Source of the DNA: Chloroflexota bacterium
Lineage (GTDB): Bacteria > Chloroflexota > UBA11872 > VXOZ01
Assembly (NCBI GenBank): GCA_964291655.2
Contig: OZ219802.1
Span: forward strand, 928,001-992,000
DNA: 64,000 nucleotides
Direction: 5' to 3'
Part shown: positions 60,262 through 64,000 of the stretch, piece by piece
How positions within the stretch are numbered: the first letter of the stretch is position 1
Layout of the letters: each line of letters opens with the position of its first letter
Notes under the pieces: generated by a model
The model's input: the letters and a program-made list of their open reading frames with translations, nothing else
What the model was told of the DNA's origin: nothing
Databases searched by the model: none
Position numbers and translations under genes: made by a program

Positions 60262-62265
60262 TTACACACCGCGAATACGGCGCTCGATCGTCGTCTGAAT
60301 CATACGCGGCAGCCGCGCCACGTCAGGCACTACCACCGTCTGCAAACAGCGTAGAAAACGGTCGTCCGCCTGAATCACATAGGACTCGTTCAGCGCATTG
60401 CCGGGAACCCCGATGCCGAATACGATTATACCCAACGCGTCCCCCGAACCAACCATACCGTTGCGCCGCTCTACCTGGAACAAGACGTCCCGCAACTTGC
60501 GCCGATTGGATGAGATTCCATCGGTCAAGACCAGTATGGTCTTGAATCCTTTCTGCTGCTGCATGTCCTGCACTGCTTGGCGCAGTGCTCCGGCGTCATC
60601 CGTCTTCTTGTGGGGCTGCTCATACATTGTGCGAAAGACGTTGCTCAGGTCCTTTGGCGTATAGGTGCGCTCGTTGGCGACTACTTGCGTCGCGTAAACG
60701 CATTCGTCAAAGGTGCGCAAACGCCAGACCTCCTCGGAAAACGCCATCATCTGGAATGGAATTCGTAACCGCTCATGGATTTCGGCAAATATAACAGCGG
60801 CATCTACGGTGTGGTCAAACTTGCGGGTAGAGTAGCCCTTGGCAACCATGCTGCCGCTAACGTCAATGAGGATAGTGGCGGCAAAGTCCTTTTGGTGGTC
60901 GGCGCGAGGGGCGCGCACGCCCTTGAGAAAGGCCTGCTCCGGGGCAACGACCAGGCGTTCGATGTGGTCGGAATCGATATCACCGCTATCCCCGCCGCGA
61001 CGGCGGCGGGGGCGCCGCCCCGGTTCCAGGGAGCCAAAACGGCGGCGCATCATGATTTCCCGGAGTCCCTTCCGCCCGGCCTCGCCGTTGAGTGAGCGCA
61101 AGATTGCCGCCTCTAGACGCCTTACCGCCGCACGGTAGTCAAAGTTCTCGTAGTCCGTCTTTGGCGCGGCCGGCCGCTCGCCCAGGCCTTGCACAAGCGT
61201 ACGTGGCAACGGATTGAGTCCGCCAGGGCGCGCTTTGAACATGCTGGGGTCGATCAATCGCGGAGGTCCCTGCGGTTGCTGCCGCTGCCGCGCAGATGTG
61301 TCGCCGTCTTGGCGGAGTTCAGCCTGCTCGTTTGGGCTGCTCTCTATTTTCGCGGGGCCGCCGTCCTCACCGGACACCGCAACCGGTTCTGAGTCAGACG
61401 GGGTACGTGATCGATCCTGAAGTTCGCTCTCATCGGGCTGTCTTTCCGTAGACTCCCCATCGTCGCTACTCGCCTCGATGTTCAATTCTCCAAGACCCTC
61501 GGCGCCATCTTCCTCGACGCCGGCCTCTTCCTCCGGGAAAGGTCGTTCCTGTTCCGGCCGATCCTGCGAGAGTCGCGCGTCCTCTTCCACCAAGTCATGC
61601 AGAATTGGGAGCATCCGCCGCGCCAGGACGTCCAGCATCTGCGGGAGAGAGTCCCTGCGCAGCGCATCCCGTACACCGGGCCACAGCACGTCGACGTACC
61701 GGTTCGCCGTACTTCCTATGCCCATGGGGCGCACGCCCTCCGGCCACTCCTCCTGGAGCCAGCGCTCCAGCAGGCCTTGCTGCACCTGTTCCCTGAGGGG
61801 TGTACTGCGTCGCCTGGCGGAAGACCAGTGTGGATTGTCGGCATAGAGCGCCCGCAAGAAGCGTGCCGAGCCGGGATGCCGTTCCAGATGCATGCGATTG
61901 ACCCGCAACTCGTTCACAAAGCGCGCGAACGGCATCACGGCAGTAAATGCCAGCGGCGCGATGCGCGCGAAGCTCTGCAGCGCCCGCTCGCCCATCACGC
62001 CGGTGTGTTGCGCTTCACCCATCTGTTGGCAAATTGCGCCGACAATGCTCGTCCCGGCCCACGTATTCAGCACACGAGTCGGAAACGTCAGGGTATGCCC
62101 CCGCGCAATGTACGCCCAATCGCTGCCGGCAACGACATTCAGGCGCGAATCACGGAGAATGAGACGCGCCAGCGCCACGACCTCACCCTGCGTATAGCGC
62201 GTTTCGCGTATACGCGCCTCAGCCAGTGCCGCAGAGGTTGCTGTGCCTGTGGACGCCGTACTCAT
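60262..62265 (-). CDS. vWA (MIDAS) domain protein with acidic linker, CobT/CbbO-like architecture
   Basis: ILIDVSGSM, T, VLTDG MIDAS residues; D/E-rich low-complexity middle region. Confidence 0.82.
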   Translation of the reverse strand: MSTASTGTATSAALAEARIRETRYTQGEVVALARLILRDSRLNVVAGSDWAYIARGHTLTFPTRVLNTWAGTSIVGAICQQMGEAQHTGVMGERALQSFARIAPLAFTAVMPFARFVNELRVNRMHLERHPGSARFLRALYADNPHWSSARRRSTPLREQVQQGLLERWLQEEWPEGVRPMGIGSTANRYVDVLWPGVRDALRRDSLPQMLDVLARRMLPILHDLVEEDARLSQDRPEQERPFPEEEAGVEEDGAEGLGELNIEASSDDGESTERQPDESELQDRSRTPSDSEPVAVSGEDGGPAKIESSPNEQAELRQDGDTSARQRQQPQGPPRLIDPSMFKARPGGLNPLPRTLVQGLGERPAAPKTDYENFDYRAAVRRLEAAILRSLNGEAGRKGLREIMMRRRFGSLEPGRRPRRRRGGDSGDIDSDHIERLVVAPEQAFLKGVRAPRADHQKDFAATILIDVSGSMVAKGYSTRKFDHTVDAAVIFAEIHERLRIPFQMMAFSEEVWRLRTFDECVYATQVVANERTYTPKDLSNVFRTMYEQPHKKTDDAGALRQAVQDMQQQKGFKTILVLTDGISSNRRKLRDVLFQVERRNGMVGSGDALGIIVFGIGVPGNALNESYVIQADDRFLRCLQTVVVPDVARLPRMIQTTIERRIRGV

Positions 62266-64000
62266 TCAATCGTCACACTAAACTGCAGGAGAAGGGCTTC
62301 AAGAACACGCCGGGCCGCGGGGGTAGCTGCTGAGAGCACGCCCTCCTGAAATCGCTCCACCAGGACACTGGCATCGTCTGCGTTCCGCACCACTGCCACG
62401 AGTTCCGCCGTGCTCCAATTGCCCGCCGCGGCGACGGCGGCAATCAACTCTGGCGAAACGGCATCCTGCCAGATTGCTTCCTGTTCCAGGTCCGCGGGCA
62501 CCGCGCCTGCCGCCCAGCGCCGGCATTGACCGACAAAGTCAACGACTGCACGGAGAGTTGGATCCGGCAAACCGCGTCCAACACTGCGGAGAACGGCAAG
62601 CTCTTCGCCGGGAGAGGGATACGACAGTTCCAATATTGCCCCAAAGCGGTTCTCCACCCCTTCATTGAGCGGCTTCACCCCCGGTCCTTCAGGTTGTCCG
62701 GTCGCTACCAGCCGAAAGCCCGGGTGCGCCGTCACTGTGCGGCCGTCCGGCAACGTGAGGCGCCGGCCCTTGTCGAAGAGACTATTCAGCAGGGAATGTA
62801 CGTCCGAATACGCGAGATTGTAGTCATTCACCAACACGAGATAGCCCTTGATCACCGCTTCGAGAAAGGCTTGCACCGTCCATTGCGTCTCTCCCGTGCG
62901 CAAGCGGCGACTGACGAGAAGATCGTGCTTCGAAGTCTCCCCCGTAAACGTGAGCTCTACAAGCGGCAACTGGCGCTGCCGTGCCAACGTGCGGACCAAT
63001 GCCGACTTTCCGCTGCCCGGCGGACCCTTGATGTAAACCGGACGGTCCAGCACGAGCGCTGCCTCGAGCAGGCGCAGCGCGGACCAGCTTGACCGTGTGA
63101 CACACGGGAGCACCACGTCACCGGCAGGAATGTTGCCGATTGGTCTGGGCACCGTGATGCCGTACTGAGCTCTCAATGCCGTCTCGAGCTCCTCCAAACG
63201 CGCCACATCCGTAATCTCTAACCCACTCGCGTCCCACGCCCGCAAGCGTAATCCCAGTGCCATCGGACTCCCCGCCCAGGTGTAGAGCGGTTCCTGCAGT
63301 TGCAGTTGGGTACCGTCCGGCAGCGTGCACTGATAGCGGACGAGCGCCGGTTGCCTTCCTGATGAGTCGGTCTCCAGCGGCTGGTAGACCTCGTTCTCCA
63401 GCCCACCGGTCCGGCTCACGGTCTCCTCTCCCAGAGCCAAAGGCAGGTGCGCCTGTGCAACACTCCCCAGCGCCACCACACTTTGCTCCGGCACCGTGAT
63501 CTCAGGCAGCAGCACGCCGCTCACCCGGCGATGCGTCCTCGCCGGCCACGTGACCGCGCGTAGCACCTTCGCCACAATCTCACCGGCCTCGACTCGCGCC
63601 TCCGGCGGCGCCAGAGTCAGGATGGCGTCCATGGCAACAGCAGCCAGAGAAAACCCCGTGAGGCTACACACGCTGAGCCAGTGTACCAACGATCGGGTAG
63701 ACACCCGATCGCGCATAATGCCGCCGATTTCCGGATGGCTGCGCAACTCTGCCGCCACTGCTGCCACAGCCGTACATGCCTCCATGGGCGGCATAGCCTC
63801 GACCCGCTCAAGCACCGGTACGCGCCGCAACTCGTGAAAGACCGCCTCTGCTTCTTCTTCCGGGGGCAGGAAGTCCATTGCCACGTTGCCTGTGCCGTGG
63901 CCGAAGCGCCGCTCCCAGGTGACGCCAATCTCCAGCGTGCCGGTATAGTTTGGATTTGCGGTGGCAATGACGCCGAATTGCGGGTGTACCGGCACGGTTA
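62262..64000 (-). CDS. MoxR/CbbQ-like AAA+ ATPase with at least two AAA modules (5' end outside window)
   Basis: End of a first module (HPQFGVIATANPNYTGT..RRF); second module GPPGSGKS, AHPGFRLVATG, ENRF; 4-bp overlap with the vWA gene. Confidence 0.82.
   Translation of the reverse strand, partial: TVPVHPQFGVIATANPNYTGTLEIGVTWERRFGHGTGNVAMDFLPPEEEAEAVFHELRRVPVLERVEAMPPMEACTAVAAVAAELRSHPEIGGIMRDRVSTRSLVHWLSVCSLTGFSLAAVAMDAILTLAPPEARVEAGEIVAKVLRAVTWPARTHRRVSGVLLPEITVPEQSVVALGSVAQAHLPLALGEETVSRTGGLENEVYQPLETDSSGRQPALVRYQCTLPDGTQLQLQEPLYTWAGSPMALGLRLRAWDASGLEITDVARLEELETALRAQYGITVPRPIGNIPAGDVVLPCVTRSSWSALRLLEAALVLDRPVYIKGPPGSGKSALVRTLARQRQLPLVELTFTGETSKHDLLVSRRLRTGETQWTVQAFLEAVIKGYLVLVNDYNLAYSDVHSLLNSLFDKGRRLTLPDGRTVTAHPGFRLVATGQPEGPGVKPLNEGVENRFGAILELSYPSPGEELAVLRSVGRGLPDPTLRAVVDFVGQCRRWAAGAVPADLEQEAIWQDAVSPELIAAVAAAGNWSTAELVAVVRNADDASVLVERFQEGVLSAATPAARRVLEALLLQFSVTIE

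Noticed and set aside
1-64000. tRNA, rRNA, tmRNA or prophage genes
   Set aside because: No cloverleaf context around GGTTCGA matches (near 20539 and 28894), and no rRNA, integrase or phage structural genes were recognised.

Overview
GC-rich bacterial chromosomal window, most likely Chloroflexota. This is inferred from lipoprotein substrate-binding proteins, Chloroflexi-type FPETGH modules, expanded catabolic paralogues and typical palindromic repeat families. Housekeeping genes (mutL, recN, nadK, topA, class II nrdJ with tandem NrdR boxes, hsp20) alternate with Aap-type and glycine-betaine ABC transporters, a glycosyltransferase/glycoside-hydrolase cluster and orphan catabolic enzymes. Highlights: (1) an AT-richer islet at about 51.5-55.3 kb with a DRT4-like defence reverse transcriptase preceded by a long, concentrically base-paired non-coding leader, then an amber-interrupted REP-associated tyrosine transposase (RAYT) with a REP-anchored partial duplicate, and a Phd/VapC toxin-antitoxin pair; (2) two selenoprotein genes missed or truncated by the ORF track (OsmC-like and SelW/Rdx-like), each with an in-frame TGA at the catalytic Cys position and a SECIS-like hairpin; (3) a nested mobile-element stack at 14.9-17.7 kb (IS1182 inside a MITE inside another MITE); (4) two 20-22 bp tandem arrays that adjoin the ends of REP-like palindromes. 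All family calls come from motif recognition by eye; no searches were run.
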